From positions 64,001 through 128,000 of the forward strand of contig CAZFHY010000002.1 of the NCBI GenBank assembly GCA_964519305.1: a stretch of 64,000 bases of DNA. Reading direction: 5' to 3'. The notes under the pieces are model-generated. The model had not been told where the DNA came from. It did not search any database and was given only the letters and a program-made list of their open reading frames with translations. The position numbers and the translations under genes were made by a program. Source of the stretch: Candidatus Undinarchaeota archaeon (GTDB lineage Archaea > SpSt-1190 > JASMDC01). Each line of letters opens with the position of its first letter. The first letter of the stretch is position 1. This document shows positions 1-9,014 of the stretch, in pieces.

Positions 1-319
1 AGCGGGCGACCTATACAAGTATCTGGGCCCTACTGAAATAGAACGCTAGACGCGGGCGCAATTATTCGACCGTTGCGCAACGGTTTCATGGTTGTTACAG
101 GCAAGTGTTTTATATAGGGACGGACATCGACCTAGAGGAGAGGAAGTAGTACCGCTGGAACGTGAGATTAATGACGTCGCTAGCATGTGGACGTACTGAT
201 AGGGCGCGGGGGGTCGAAGTAGAATGACCTCCTTCTATTCCATGGTCCGGCGACAGGATCCTATATCCCCCGTGACACCTAGGACATGGTGGAAAGGGCC
301 TCTCCACCTCTTCGCCCGA

Positions 320-628
320 TCTAGGAAAGGGCAGACCGCGCTCGACTTCCTTCTGTGCTACGGCTGGCTCGTTCTGGTCGTGGCCATGGCGGCCTTTGCA
401 CTGTACACGGTGGGGTAGGTCGCGGTATAGGTAATGAACGTTCGACGTTGATGGTGAGATGAGACGTCTGCGTTGGTAGCGTGCTTGTGCATGGTGATGT
501 GGAGCCACCTGGAAGACGCTGATTATGAGATATACTACAGCACGTGGGACGGGAACGCATGGAGCTCCAGAGTCGCCGCCACCGACAACTTCGTTGAGGA
601 CTTCCACCCATCGGTCTCTACCCAATAG
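320..628 (+). pseudogene. Fragmented class III signal peptide (pilin-like) surface protein with a beta-propeller-type repeat remnant
   Basis: RKGQTALDFLLCYGWLVLVVAMAAFALYTVG ends at TAG 416-418 straight after the hydrophobic helix. A separate piece at 491-628 reads MVMWSHLEDADYEIYYSTWDGNAWSSRVAATDNFVEDFHPSV, resembling one propeller blade. Confidence 0.5.
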
Positions 629-651
629 GCCCAAGACGACTGAGCTTTCGT

Positions 652-1239
652 CTATCGAGTCAGGTCATAGAGCGCATCGATTGTCCTGACGACATCCTGC
701 ACCACGATGTCGGACACAGAGAAGTTGCTATCGTCGGTGATCATGGCGGCCAGCCGTCGTGGCTTGTCGTCCTCGGGGACCAGGACCCGCAGGTCGTACA
801 GCTGGCCGATCCTGGCAACGGCACCCTCCCTGTCCGCGGGAGATACCTCCGCCTCGGTCGAGATCCACACCTCGTAATGGTAACCGATACCCTTGTAGCT
901 GGCGTTGTAGAGCATGGTGAACGACCTGCCGTCCAGGGTGGTAACGCGGATCGTGGCACTGCGCAGGTAGGCGATGAGCTCCACTTCGACCACCCGCGGA
1001 CCCAGCTCCCTGACGACGGCTGCCAGATGGCCGTACTCGGCCAGAGCCCAGACAGAGAGACCTGTGGAGATAGCGAGCACGATCCCGAGAGCATCATTCG
1101 CGAAGGCCGCCTCGACCTGTTCCTTGATCCCTGAGCCTAACAGATCACCAAAAGCGATCAAAAGGAAGACGAACAATGTCACCAGAGGTGGTACGAGGAA
1201 CACGCGAGGATTCTCCAGGTACCATGGGAGTTCGGCCAT
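652..1239 (-). CDS. Hypothetical membrane protein (2 N-terminal TM helices)
   Basis: 195-aa ORF with two hydrophobic segments followed by a soluble alpha/beta domain. Confidence 0.6.
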   Translation of the reverse strand: MAELPWYLENPRVFLVPPLVTLFVFLLIAFGDLLGSGIKEQVEAAFANDALGIVLAISTGLSVWALAEYGHLAAVVRELGPRVVEVELIAYLRSATIRVTTLDGRSFTMLYNASYKGIGYHYEVWISTEAEVSPADREGAVARIGQLYDLRVLVPEDDKPRRLAAMITDDSNFSVSDIVVQDVVRTIDALYDLTR

Positions 1240-1263
1240 GTACTTACATTGGTATAGCTGGCA

Positions 1264-1309
1264 TAAAAAGGAATGGGGTTTTCCCGGGCGCCCCGCATGA
1301 GGCGCCCGG
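1264..1309 (-). terminator. GC-rich hairpin plus T-tract (minus strand)
   Basis: CCGGGCGCC...GGCGCCCGG inverted repeat at 1284-1309, followed on the minus strand by CCTTTTTAT. Confidence 0.55.
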
Positions 1310-1319
1310 TGTGTCCTCT

Positions 1320-1370
1320 CTATTCCTCTTCCGCTTTCGCCTTCAATGCTGCAAGCACCATATCCTCTGA
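1320..1370 (-). pseudogene. Orphan copy of the 3' end of the xanthine dehydrogenase large-subunit gene
   Basis: Minus strand reads SEDMVLAALKAKAEEE*, against PDRVLAALKAKE* at the end of the 2938-5301 gene. ctttcgccttcaatgctgcaagcacc and ctttcgccttcaacgccgctagcacc differ only at synonymous positions. Confidence 0.6.
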
Positions 1371-1599
1371 TCGGGCAGAGTAGTCCCGACTCAGGACAAA
1401 TTATTGTACCCTAGCGCGTCCTCTGGGAACTTCCCCTGTTCGAATCCTCCTGTCCTTCGTTATACCCGGGTCTAACCACAACATTTATCTTGAATGAACG
1501 ATACCTAATGGGAAGGTAGCGGTGGCAAGACGGGGACGAATCCTGGCAGGGAGCAATCTAAGCATCGACATGCTTGAGCGTCGTATACGTAGATTGCAT

Positions 1600-2157
1600 A
1601 TGTCCAAGGGCCAGTCGGCCATGGAGTACCTCATGACCTACGGGTGGGTTTTCCTCATCCTCGTCATCGCCGGTGCCGCTATGTATGCCATGGGCATCAT
1701 CAAGCAGGGGGCCTACGTCAAGGAGGGATGCGTGGGCTTCGGCAAGATGCAATACGAGGACCACCGGTTCAAGGCCATCGGCGCTGACGGCACCTTCGAT
1801 GTGGGCGATGACGACCGGGAGAGTATGTTCAGCATATCTTTTACCAACGGTTACACGTCCCTGATCCACGTGACGGAGCTGCGGGTGGAATATCCCGACG
1901 ATGTATGGGCTGAGTGGAGCGTTAAGGGCGTCAGCTGCGATAATTACAACACCCCTGGAGACACAACATCGGGGTGCGCCAGGACCTCTTTAGGTGAGGC
2001 TCAGAAGTTTGAGCTCCACTTGGAGGACGCGGGCGGTGGGCTTATCGAGATGGTCCGCGGCGATGTCTACTCAGTGCAAGTAGAGATTATCTTCGATCGG
2101 GAGGGCACCTTTGACGACCATAGCACCACCGGCACCTGCTCAGGTACGATCGAGTAA
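1600..2157 (+). CDS. Archaeal pilin-like protein, class III signal peptide
   Basis: MSKG/QSAMEYLMTYGWVFLILVIAG prepilin motif, C-terminal CSGTIE. Start may be 1570 or 1600; the ORF is open from 1522. Confidence 0.85.
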   Translation: MSKGQSAMEYLMTYGWVFLILVIAGAAMYAMGIIKQGAYVKEGCVGFGKMQYEDHRFKAIGADGTFDVGDDDRESMFSISFTNGYTSLIHVTELRVEYPDDVWAEWSVKGVSCDNYNTPGDTTSGCARTSLGEAQKFELHLEDAGGGLIEMVRGDVYSVQVEIIFDREGTFDDHSTTGTCSGTIE

Positions 2158-2233
2158 GCAGGATCTTCGCGCTCCACAGACTGAAGGTATCTTGGATATC
2201 GTGAAGACTAGCGTATTTGCGGGGACGCGACCT

Positions 2234-2824
2234 ATGTCGACACTAGGACCCAACCAACGTGCCCAGGCCGCCATGGAGTTTCTGATGACCTACGGGTGGG
2301 TTCTCCTCATCCTCGTCATCGCCGGTGCCGCCATGTATGCCATGGGGATCATGAACAGGGGGACGTACCAGAATACTGGGTGTGTTGGATTCGTCCACCT
2401 CCACTACCAGGACCACCTGTTCCGGCGCACGGGGCAGGACGACCTCTGGGACGTGGGGGACGACCTTATGGAGAGCAGATTCCGTCTGGCCCTCCAGAAC
2501 GGTGCCGGGGTACTGGTACAAGTGACGGGAATTGATGTGGAATACCCTAAGGAGGTGCATGTGACGTGGAGCGAGCGCGGGTATGACTGCGAAGCTTACA
2601 ACACCGCCAACGACACCGACAGCGGGTGCAACCACCAGAACGTGACTGAAGGGGAGATCACCCTGCTCTCCATGGAGGACGTGGGGTACGGGATGAAGAA
2701 GCTTGAGGTCGGAGAGCCCTACGCGCTCACGGTAAAGATATCTTATAACGCCTTCGGTGCACTCGCCGGCCACACGGAGATGGCGTTGTGCTCGGGCAAA
2801 GTGGAGGGTACATCCAACGTATAG
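2234..2824 (+). CDS. Archaeal pilin-like protein, class III signal peptide (paralog of 1600-2157)
   Basis: QRA/QAAMEFLMTYGWVLLILVIAG. Shares GCVGF, Y.DH.F, DVGDD, VEYP, C..YNT..DT.SGC and CSG motifs with the upstream gene. Confidence 0.85.
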   Translation: MSTLGPNQRAQAAMEFLMTYGWVLLILVIAGAAMYAMGIMNRGTYQNTGCVGFVHLHYQDHLFRRTGQDDLWDVGDDLMESRFRLALQNGAGVLVQVTGIDVEYPKEVHVTWSERGYDCEAYNTANDTDSGCNHQNVTEGEITLLSMEDVGYGMKKLEVGEPYALTVKISYNAFGALAGHTEMALCSGKVEGTSNV

Positions 2825-2937
2825 CGTGCCGTTCCCACCGTCCCACCACTGCAGCACCCCCGATCGGACGTGATGAGGGGCCACAGCCAGTCACTGGTGG
2901 GGTCTGAATCATCCCGTTCCCCTTGCGAAGGGGGAGG

Positions 2938-5301
2938 CTACTCTTTCGCCTTCAACGCCGCTAGCACCCGGTCGGGAGTGAACGGCGTCTCGTACAGCCT
3001 GATCCCGCATGCATTGTAGATGGCGTTGGCGATCGCCGGCATGGGGCCGTTGATCCCGATCTCCCCTACGGACTTCGCCCCGCACGGACCGGTCGGCTCG
3101 TACGTGGGACACAGGATGATCTTGAGCGGCGGTTGGTCCACCGTCGTCCAGATCTTGTAGTCGAAGAAGTTCGGGTTGAGCATGGCGCCCTTGCTGCTGA
3201 AGACGTACTCCTCGGTGAGCGCGAACGACAGCCCGTTCATGATGCATCCTTCCACCTGACCCTCTGCGAGGTTGGGATTGAGAGCAGTACCACAGTCGGT
3301 GGCGGCCGCGTAATCGACCACCTCCACTTTCCCAGTTTCAGTATCCACCTCCACCTCGGCGAAGTGCGCCGTGAACGGTGGCGGCGAGGTCATGGAGACA
3401 TGCGAGGCCCCTGCTACCAGTTGCTTCTTATCCTCAGCATAGAACCATGCGTGCAGGCCGACCTCCCCCAGGGTGAGGGACTTGCCCGACGGCGAGACTA
3501 CCTTCTTGTCCACGATGTCGAGCGTCTGGGGATCCTCTCCGAGCATGTCGCCGGCGACCTCGAGGATCCTGCGCCGCATCTTGTCCGCACACTTCACAAC
3601 GGCGCCACCGGAGATGTATGTAGTCGATGAGGCGTACGCCCCCACGTCGAAGGGCGTGAGGTCCGTGTCGGAGCTGAGCACCTGGATGTCCTCCAGCTCC
3701 ACGCCCAACCGCTCGGCCGCGAGCTGTGCCAGGATGGTGTCCGAACCAGTACCTATGTCGGTAGCGCCTATGAAGAGGTTGAACGATCCGTCCTCGTTCA
3801 TCTTTAAGGCGGCCGCGCCCATATCGATACCGGCGATACCCGAGCCCTGCATGAGGATACACATCCCCACCCCGCGCTTCTTGACGCCCTGCTTGCCAGC
3901 GGCCCGCTTGGCGGCCCATCCGATGGCGGTAGCGCCCTGCTCGATGCACTCAGGCAGCGATGAGGACTCGACGTTCTGCTCCATCCCCTCCCGGCCCTCG
4001 CCGAGCTTCTTGAAGATGGGCGATGTCCCGCCTTCCTCGATGTGGTTCATCTGGCGGAACTCGAGCGGATCCTTGCCGCACCACTCGGCCATCTCGTCGA
4101 TGAGCGACTCGAGAGCGAAGTAACCCTGCGTAGCCCCGTAACCGCGATACGCACCGCCCACGGGCATGTTGGTGTAGACCGCATGCCCCTTGAAGCGAAC
4201 GTTCTCGCACTTGTACAGCGGAAGGGTCTTGGAGCCGGTGTTGGAGAGCACCGTGAGCGCGTGGGAACCGTAGGCGCCGGTATTGGATAGAGCATACATG
4301 TCTATCGCAGTGATCGTCCCGTCCTTCTTCACCCCGGCCTTCAGCTTCACGGTCATGGGGTGGCGGGTCCGCGACGACACGAACTCCTCCTTGCGCGAGT
4401 ACTCAATCTTCACCGGGCGCCCGGTCTTGAGCGTCAGGGCGACCACCACATCCTCCAGGAGCATCTCCTGCTTGGTACCGAAACCGCCGCCGATGCGTGG
4501 TTTGATGACCCTGATGCGCTTGAGCGGGATGTCGAAGATCATCCCGATGATGCGACGCACGTGGAACGGCACCTGGGTGGCGGTGACGATGATGATACGA
4601 TTGTTCTCGTCGATGTACGCCATCGAGATGTGAGGCTCGATGGGGGTATGCTGGGCGTAGTGTGTACGCCAGGTCCCTTCGAACACCTTGTCGGCCGCTT
4701 TTAGGCCGCTCTCCACGTCACCCACCTCGATGCCGACCTCGGCAGCCATGTTGCGTGATGCGTCAGGGATGCCCGAGGCATCCTCCTCGTCATGTATTAC
4801 GGGCTGTCCCTCGTCCATGGCCGTCTCGTGGTCAAGGATGGCCGGAAGCTCCTCATACACGACCTTGATGAGCTTGAGCGCCTTATCGGCGATCTCGGCC
4901 GTCTCGGCGGCCACGAAGGCCACCCGGTCGCCTACGAACCGTACCTTTGTGTCGAGCACGTACGTGTCATAGGGCGATGGCTCGGGATAGCCCTGGCCAG
5001 CGGTGGTGTGCGGTGTGCGCGGCACGTCCTTGTGTGTTAGCACGCACGCCACACCGGGCAGTTCCTCGGCCGCGGACGTGTCGATGCTCTTGATCCTCGC
5101 ATGGGCGAGAGGGCTCGTGAGGATGCGGCCTATCAGAGGCCGCTCCACGGGCCAGTCGTCCACGAACAGTGCCTTGCCCGTTGCCAGGCCGAGCCCGTCC
5201 ACCTTGCGCGTGCGCTTACCGACTACGTTGAACCCATGATCGTTGGCGTCCGCTGCTGGAGCTGTCTCCTTTGAAGCGGCCCCGGGGAATATGCCTGCCA
5301 T
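2938..5301 (-). CDS. Xanthine dehydrogenase family molybdopterin-binding subunit (XdhD-like)
   Basis: VVGK..RKVDG, SPLAHARI, GGGFGTKQE, AYRGYG, GQVEG and GAKSVGE motifs. Probable start MAGIF at 5301. Confidence 0.92.
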   Translation of the reverse strand: MAGIFPGAASKETAPAADANDHGFNVVGKRTRKVDGLGLATGKALFVDDWPVERPLIGRILTSPLAHARIKSIDTSAAEELPGVACVLTHKDVPRTPHTTAGQGYPEPSPYDTYVLDTKVRFVGDRVAFVAAETAEIADKALKLIKVVYEELPAILDHETAMDEGQPVIHDEEDASGIPDASRNMAAEVGIEVGDVESGLKAADKVFEGTWRTHYAQHTPIEPHISMAYIDENNRIIIVTATQVPFHVRRIIGMIFDIPLKRIRVIKPRIGGGFGTKQEMLLEDVVVALTLKTGRPVKIEYSRKEEFVSSRTRHPMTVKLKAGVKKDGTITAIDMYALSNTGAYGSHALTVLSNTGSKTLPLYKCENVRFKGHAVYTNMPVGGAYRGYGATQGYFALESLIDEMAEWCGKDPLEFRQMNHIEEGGTSPIFKKLGEGREGMEQNVESSSLPECIEQGATAIGWAAKRAAGKQGVKKRGVGMCILMQGSGIAGIDMGAAALKMNEDGSFNLFIGATDIGTGSDTILAQLAAERLGVELEDIQVLSSDTDLTPFDVGAYASSTTYISGGAVVKCADKMRRRILEVAGDMLGEDPQTLDIVDKKVVSPSGKSLTLGEVGLHAWFYAEDKKQLVAGASHVSMTSPPPFTAHFAEVEVDTETGKVEVVDYAAATDCGTALNPNLAEGQVEGCIMNGLSFALTEEYVFSSKGAMLNPNFFDYKIWTTVDQPPLKIILCPTYEPTGPCGAKSVGEIGINGPMPAIANAIYNACGIRLYETPFTPDRVLAALKAKE

Positions 5302-5302
5302 G

Positions 5303-5764
5303 CTAGTCACCTCCCTGTTTGGCGACCCGTTGGATCGCGTTGATCTGCTTGGTATAGGTACCGCATCGACAGAGGTTCCCTGACAGGGCGTCCCTGATCT
5401 CCTCTTCACTGGGATCCGGGTTGTGCTTGAGGAGTGCGTACGCTGTGATGATGGCTGCAGGTGTGCAGAATCCGCACTGGATTGCGCCTTCCTCGTCGAA
5501 GGCCGTCTGGAGCGGGTGGGGCGCGTCAGGTGTCCCTATACCCTCGATTGTGATGATCTCCTTGCCTTGGACGCTGGCGGCGAACACGATGCATGAGTTG
5601 ACGACGACGCCGTCAATGATGATGGCGCAGGCGCCGCAGTCGCCAGTATTGCATCCACGCTTGACGCCCTTGTATCCCTCCCTACGGAGCACATCAAGGA
5701 GCATCTCCTGGGGTTCGGTCTCGAAGGCGACCTTCTCGTCGTTGATTGTTGCTATGATCCTCAT
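5303..5764 (-). CDS. Xanthine dehydrogenase family 2x[2Fe-2S] subunit
   Basis: GCNTGDCGAC...NSC and QCGFCTP...GNLCRCG motifs. Confidence 0.95.
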   Translation of the reverse strand: MRIIATINDEKVAFETEPQEMLLDVLRREGYKGVKRGCNTGDCGACAIIIDGVVVNSCIVFAASVQGKEIITIEGIGTPDAPHPLQTAFDEEGAIQCGFCTPAAIITAYALLKHNPDPSEEEIRDALSGNLCRCGTYTKQINAIQRVAKQGGD

Positions 5765-6612
5765 GACGATCCCTCCTTGGAGGCGAGCTGGGCGAGCGCT
5801 CGCTTCACCGCCACCTGGAGCAGCTCTGAGCGGTACTCACCGGTGGCGCGGACATCGGATGTCGGAGTGACGTCCTGTAGGGCCGCCGTCGCGGCCGCTG
5901 CTAGCACATCGTCCGATGCCTCTTTACCCTCTGCTGCAGCCTCAGCTGAAGGGAGACGTACGGCCTGGCTAGTCACACCTGCTACGGCGAGGCGAACGTT
6001 GGAGAGCTTCTTGCCCTCCACGTTGGCAGTGCCTGCGATGGTGACGATACCTATATCCGATTTAGTGCGTCCGAACTTGAGGAACACGCCACACCGGTCG
6101 GCCGCTTCTTTCTCGATGACAATCTCAGCGAGGAGCATGAGGTCAAGCCCAAGCTCCTTACGCATCTCAGCGTACCGTTCGACGGGCACTATGAGCTCTC
6201 TTGCACCCATGAAACGCAGCTTGGCGTCGAGGACGAGGAGGATGGGCGGCATGTCGGCCCAGTTGTACGGCGAGAGCACGTCACCACCGATGGTCGCCAT
6301 GTTACGTACGATCGCCGAGGAGAAATGATCGGACGCCTGGACGATGATGCCTGATCCGACCTTCTGCAGGGTAGGGCTCTCTCTGGCCGCAGAGAAAGTG
6401 ACGGTAGCGCCGATGCGCACCCCCGTGTCGTCCTCTGCGATATAGTCCATCCCCGCCTTGGTGATATCGACGAGCTGGGTGATCCTCGGGCTCGAGGACC
6501 GTGCAATGACGGTCCCTCCTGCGATGATCCGCGCCCCCTCGTTCCTTGTGAGGAGGAGCACGGCCTCGCGAACGCTCTGCGCAACGGTGTAGTGCTGAAG
6601 ATTTGGGAGCAT
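5761..6612 (-). CDS. Xanthine dehydrogenase family FAD-binding subunit
   Basis: IAGGT, RNMATIGG and SDVRATGEYR motifs; 4-bp overlap with the Fe-S subunit gene. Confidence 0.92.
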   Translation of the reverse strand: MLPNLQHYTVAQSVREAVLLLTRNEGARIIAGGTVIARSSSPRITQLVDITKAGMDYIAEDDTGVRIGATVTFSAARESPTLQKVGSGIIVQASDHFSSAIVRNMATIGGDVLSPYNWADMPPILLVLDAKLRFMGARELIVPVERYAEMRKELGLDLMLLAEIVIEKEAADRCGVFLKFGRTKSDIGIVTIAGTANVEGKKLSNVRLAVAGVTSQAVRLPSAEAAAEGKEASDDVLAAAATAALQDVTPTSDVRATGEYRSELLQVAVKRALAQLASKEGSS

Positions 6613-6691
6613 TGTATGGACCTCCCGTCCGTTGAAACGGTCAGGGGACTAGCCTTTAAATCTTGAACGGTCGGCCACGTCGCGGCCTGGA

Positions 6692-7165
6692 CTACCACGC
6701 GTAGCCGAAGTCTTCTTCCTCATCGTTCTTACGGTGGTACTGGGACTTGATATCGTAGGCGGTGGTTCCGCCATCCGGCCTGAAATGGATGTCGAACCCG
6801 GGCATCTTCCGCTGCATCTCGGGATCGAGCTTGTATCGGAGGAAAGCGCACACTACCTGCATGGAGTGGTAGTTGCCGCCCTGGCCATCGGACACTCCGA
6901 ACACGCGGCCCCGTCCTTCTACGTTCCTTGAGCCATTGTACGCGCTGAAGAGGATGGACATATCCTCTCCGGGGAGCCCTGATCCTCCCGGACGGTATGA
7001 TTGCCCGCTCTTACCTGCACCCTTTGCGTATTTCGATTCACGGCTGTCTTGCAGGTCGTCCAGCGGGAGATCGTCATACCTCTCGGAAAAGAAGTGTTCC
7101 TCGGGCGGGTCGAACAGCTCGTCCCGTTCCCGGTCCCCGTCGGATTCTAAGGATGGGTCAATCAT
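6692..7165 (-). CDS. Hypothetical acidic protein
   Basis: 157-aa ORF with an AT-rich TATA-like element about 30 nt upstream; no motif recognised. Confidence 0.55.
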   Translation of the reverse strand: MIDPSLESDGDRERDELFDPPEEHFFSERYDDLPLDDLQDSRESKYAKGAGKSGQSYRPGGSGLPGEDMSILFSAYNGSRNVEGRGRVFGVSDGQGGNYHSMQVVCAFLRYKLDPEMQRKMPGFDIHFRPDGGTTAYDIKSQYHRKNDEEEDFGYAW

Positions 7166-7423
7166 CCAGTCACGTACGGTGGGCTAAAGATTATTTATAC
7201 TTTTCGTCGCCGCGACGCATACTTTTATTAAGGATTATTCCGGCAGACGCCAGTACTTTTAGGTAAGCCTATACCTATGTTTTATACCATTAATAAAAGA
7301 CTGCTGATAGAATAGTAAAAAAGCCTTGCGGCGGACCACATCCGTGTTTAGTAGTGACACGATGCCTTCTTTCTCTCTGGACTCTTCGCATGGTTTAAAA
7401 ACGTGGCCTTCCTTTCGGGTAGC

Positions 7424-8281
7424 ATGCACATCCTAGCCGGACCGGGTGGTATCGAGGTCGCTAGAAAGGTCGGGCTTGGGCTTGGTGTTCCCGTCCAGGA
7501 GGTAATGGTACGAACGTTCCCGGACAGTGAGCGCCTGCTGTGGGTACCCCGCGTACCTGAAGGGCCTTTGGCACTGATACAGTCCACTGCAGCACCCCAG
7601 GACGCGCGCCTCATGGAGCTATTCTTTACTTTGGACGTGTTACGTGAACTGGGAAGGTCCACTACCCTTGTCATCCCGTACTTCGGGTACGGACGCCAGG
7701 ACAAGGCTTTCAAGACCGGGGAGGCGGTCAGCGCCATGGCGGTGCTCCGCATCCTTGCCACCTATCCAATCGATCGCTTGGTGCTCGTGGACCCGCATTT
7801 CCACCGCACGCCCGGTAACTTCTCATCCCAGGGACTGTCCTGTACATCATTATGCGCAGCTCCGCTCATGGTGGAGAGGATCTCGTCCACCCTCAAGGAT
7901 CCACTTGTCATCGGACCGGACCAAGGTTCGGCCAATCTTGTTCGAAATGCTTCTGGAGACGCAATCGCCCTATCGAAGACACGTACCGGGGACCGAGATG
8001 TGTCAATCGATGATGAGAAGCTAGCGGTCGAGGGACGGGATGTGATCGTGTTCGACGATATGGTGAGCACTGGTGGTACGATGATCGAGGCAGTTCGCAT
8101 CATGCGGGAGCAGGGAGCACGGCGCATCGTGGCAGCATGCACACACGGCGTGTTCGTGGAGAAGGCCGACGCTCGCATACTCGCCGCAGGTGCCGACGAG
8201 ATCGTGTGCAGCGACTCAATCCCGGGAGAATATGCATCCGTGTCAGTGGCACCGCTGATCACGAAAGCATTGCAGGAGTGA
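7424..8281 (+). CDS. prs: Ribose-phosphate pyrophosphokinase
   Basis: FPDSE, PYFGYGRQDK, GPDQG and FDDMVSTGGT (PRPP loop), CTHGVF. TTTAAAA box at 7394. Confidence 0.95.
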   Translation: MHILAGPGGIEVARKVGLGLGVPVQEVMVRTFPDSERLLWVPRVPEGPLALIQSTAAPQDARLMELFFTLDVLRELGRSTTLVIPYFGYGRQDKAFKTGEAVSAMAVLRILATYPIDRLVLVDPHFHRTPGNFSSQGLSCTSLCAAPLMVERISSTLKDPLVIGPDQGSANLVRNASGDAIALSKTRTGDRDVSIDDEKLAVEGRDVIVFDDMVSTGGTMIEAVRIMREQGARRIVAACTHGVFVEKADARILAAGADEIVCSDSIPGEYASVSVAPLITKALQE

Positions 8282-8288
8282 GCCGCGC

Positions 8289-8951
8289 TCAATCGTTCTT
8301 GATTGTCTTGAGTGCAAGGGCGAGCTGGTTGTGAGCCGAGAGGAGCGTGTCCTTCCAATCAGCGGGCTCACCTGAGGGCGCCCCTTCCGCGTGTGACTCG
8401 ATCTGGGGGATTTCTTCCATCCCTACGGGCCCTTTGGCCTGAACGATGTCGACAAGCGTGTCCACGAGGGTCTCGAGCTTGCCCATTCGCGCCTCAAGAG
8501 GGCTACCCTTCTTGACGACCGCGTTCTCAAGGGCGCTGATCCGACCGGCGATATCCATGACCCGCGTGTCCAACTTCTTCTCCAGTGAGGCGTCCAGTTC
8601 GTCGAGGTTCAAGGTAGCGGCACCTTTCTCGTCGCTAGCCCCGGCCAGGGCCGACAGGTCCGTCTCGAACGAGCGCAGGCGCTTGTGAAGGGACTCCATC
8701 TTATCGAGGATGTCACGGTTCACCTTGGGTGTCGGGAGCCGGTTGATGATCTTCTCCAGCTTCGCCACACGTACCTCAAGCCCCTTGAGGGATTCGACCG
8801 AGTCTCGAAGCCGTTCCTCTTCAGCAATGGCCTTGAGAAGGATGTCTCGCTCCTTTTCACTGAACTTGCCCAATGCACGGAAGAGCCGAGCGTACTCGGT
8901 GCACTTCCTGTCCAGTTCATTGACCTTGTTCTCGAGCGTGGCGTCCGGCAC
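8289..8951 (-). CDS. Coiled-coil hypothetical protein
   Basis: Repeated heptads such as LEVRVAKLE, IAGRISALE and LEARMGKLE. Confidence 0.65.
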   Translation of the reverse strand: MPDATLENKVNELDRKCTEYARLFRALGKFSEKERDILLKAIAEEERLRDSVESLKGLEVRVAKLEKIINRLPTPKVNRDILDKMESLHKRLRSFETDLSALAGASDEKGAATLNLDELDASLEKKLDTRVMDIAGRISALENAVVKKGSPLEARMGKLETLVDTLVDIVQAKGPVGMEEIPQIESHAEGAPSGEPADWKDTLLSAHNQLALALKTIKND

Positions 8952-9014
8952 GTAAGCACCCGGCTCCCACTTAGGTGGAAAACATTAAAAAGACCACCGA
9001 ACGAGGGAGGGCCT

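Noticed and set aside
416-451. Stop-codon readthrough or recoding of the truncated pilin
   Set aside because: Further TAG and TGA stops follow in frame, and TAG ends many intact genes in this window.
1373-1455. Intact tRNA gene
   Set aside because: The T-stem does not pair and there is no anticodon arm; kept only as a low-interest fragment.
2938-5301. Aerobic CO dehydrogenase CoxL
   Set aside because: The active-site loop is AYRGYG, not the form I AYxCSFR.
7166-7400. Replication origin in the AT-rich gap
   Set aside because: No ORB-like repeats or cdc6 gene; divergent promoters explain it.
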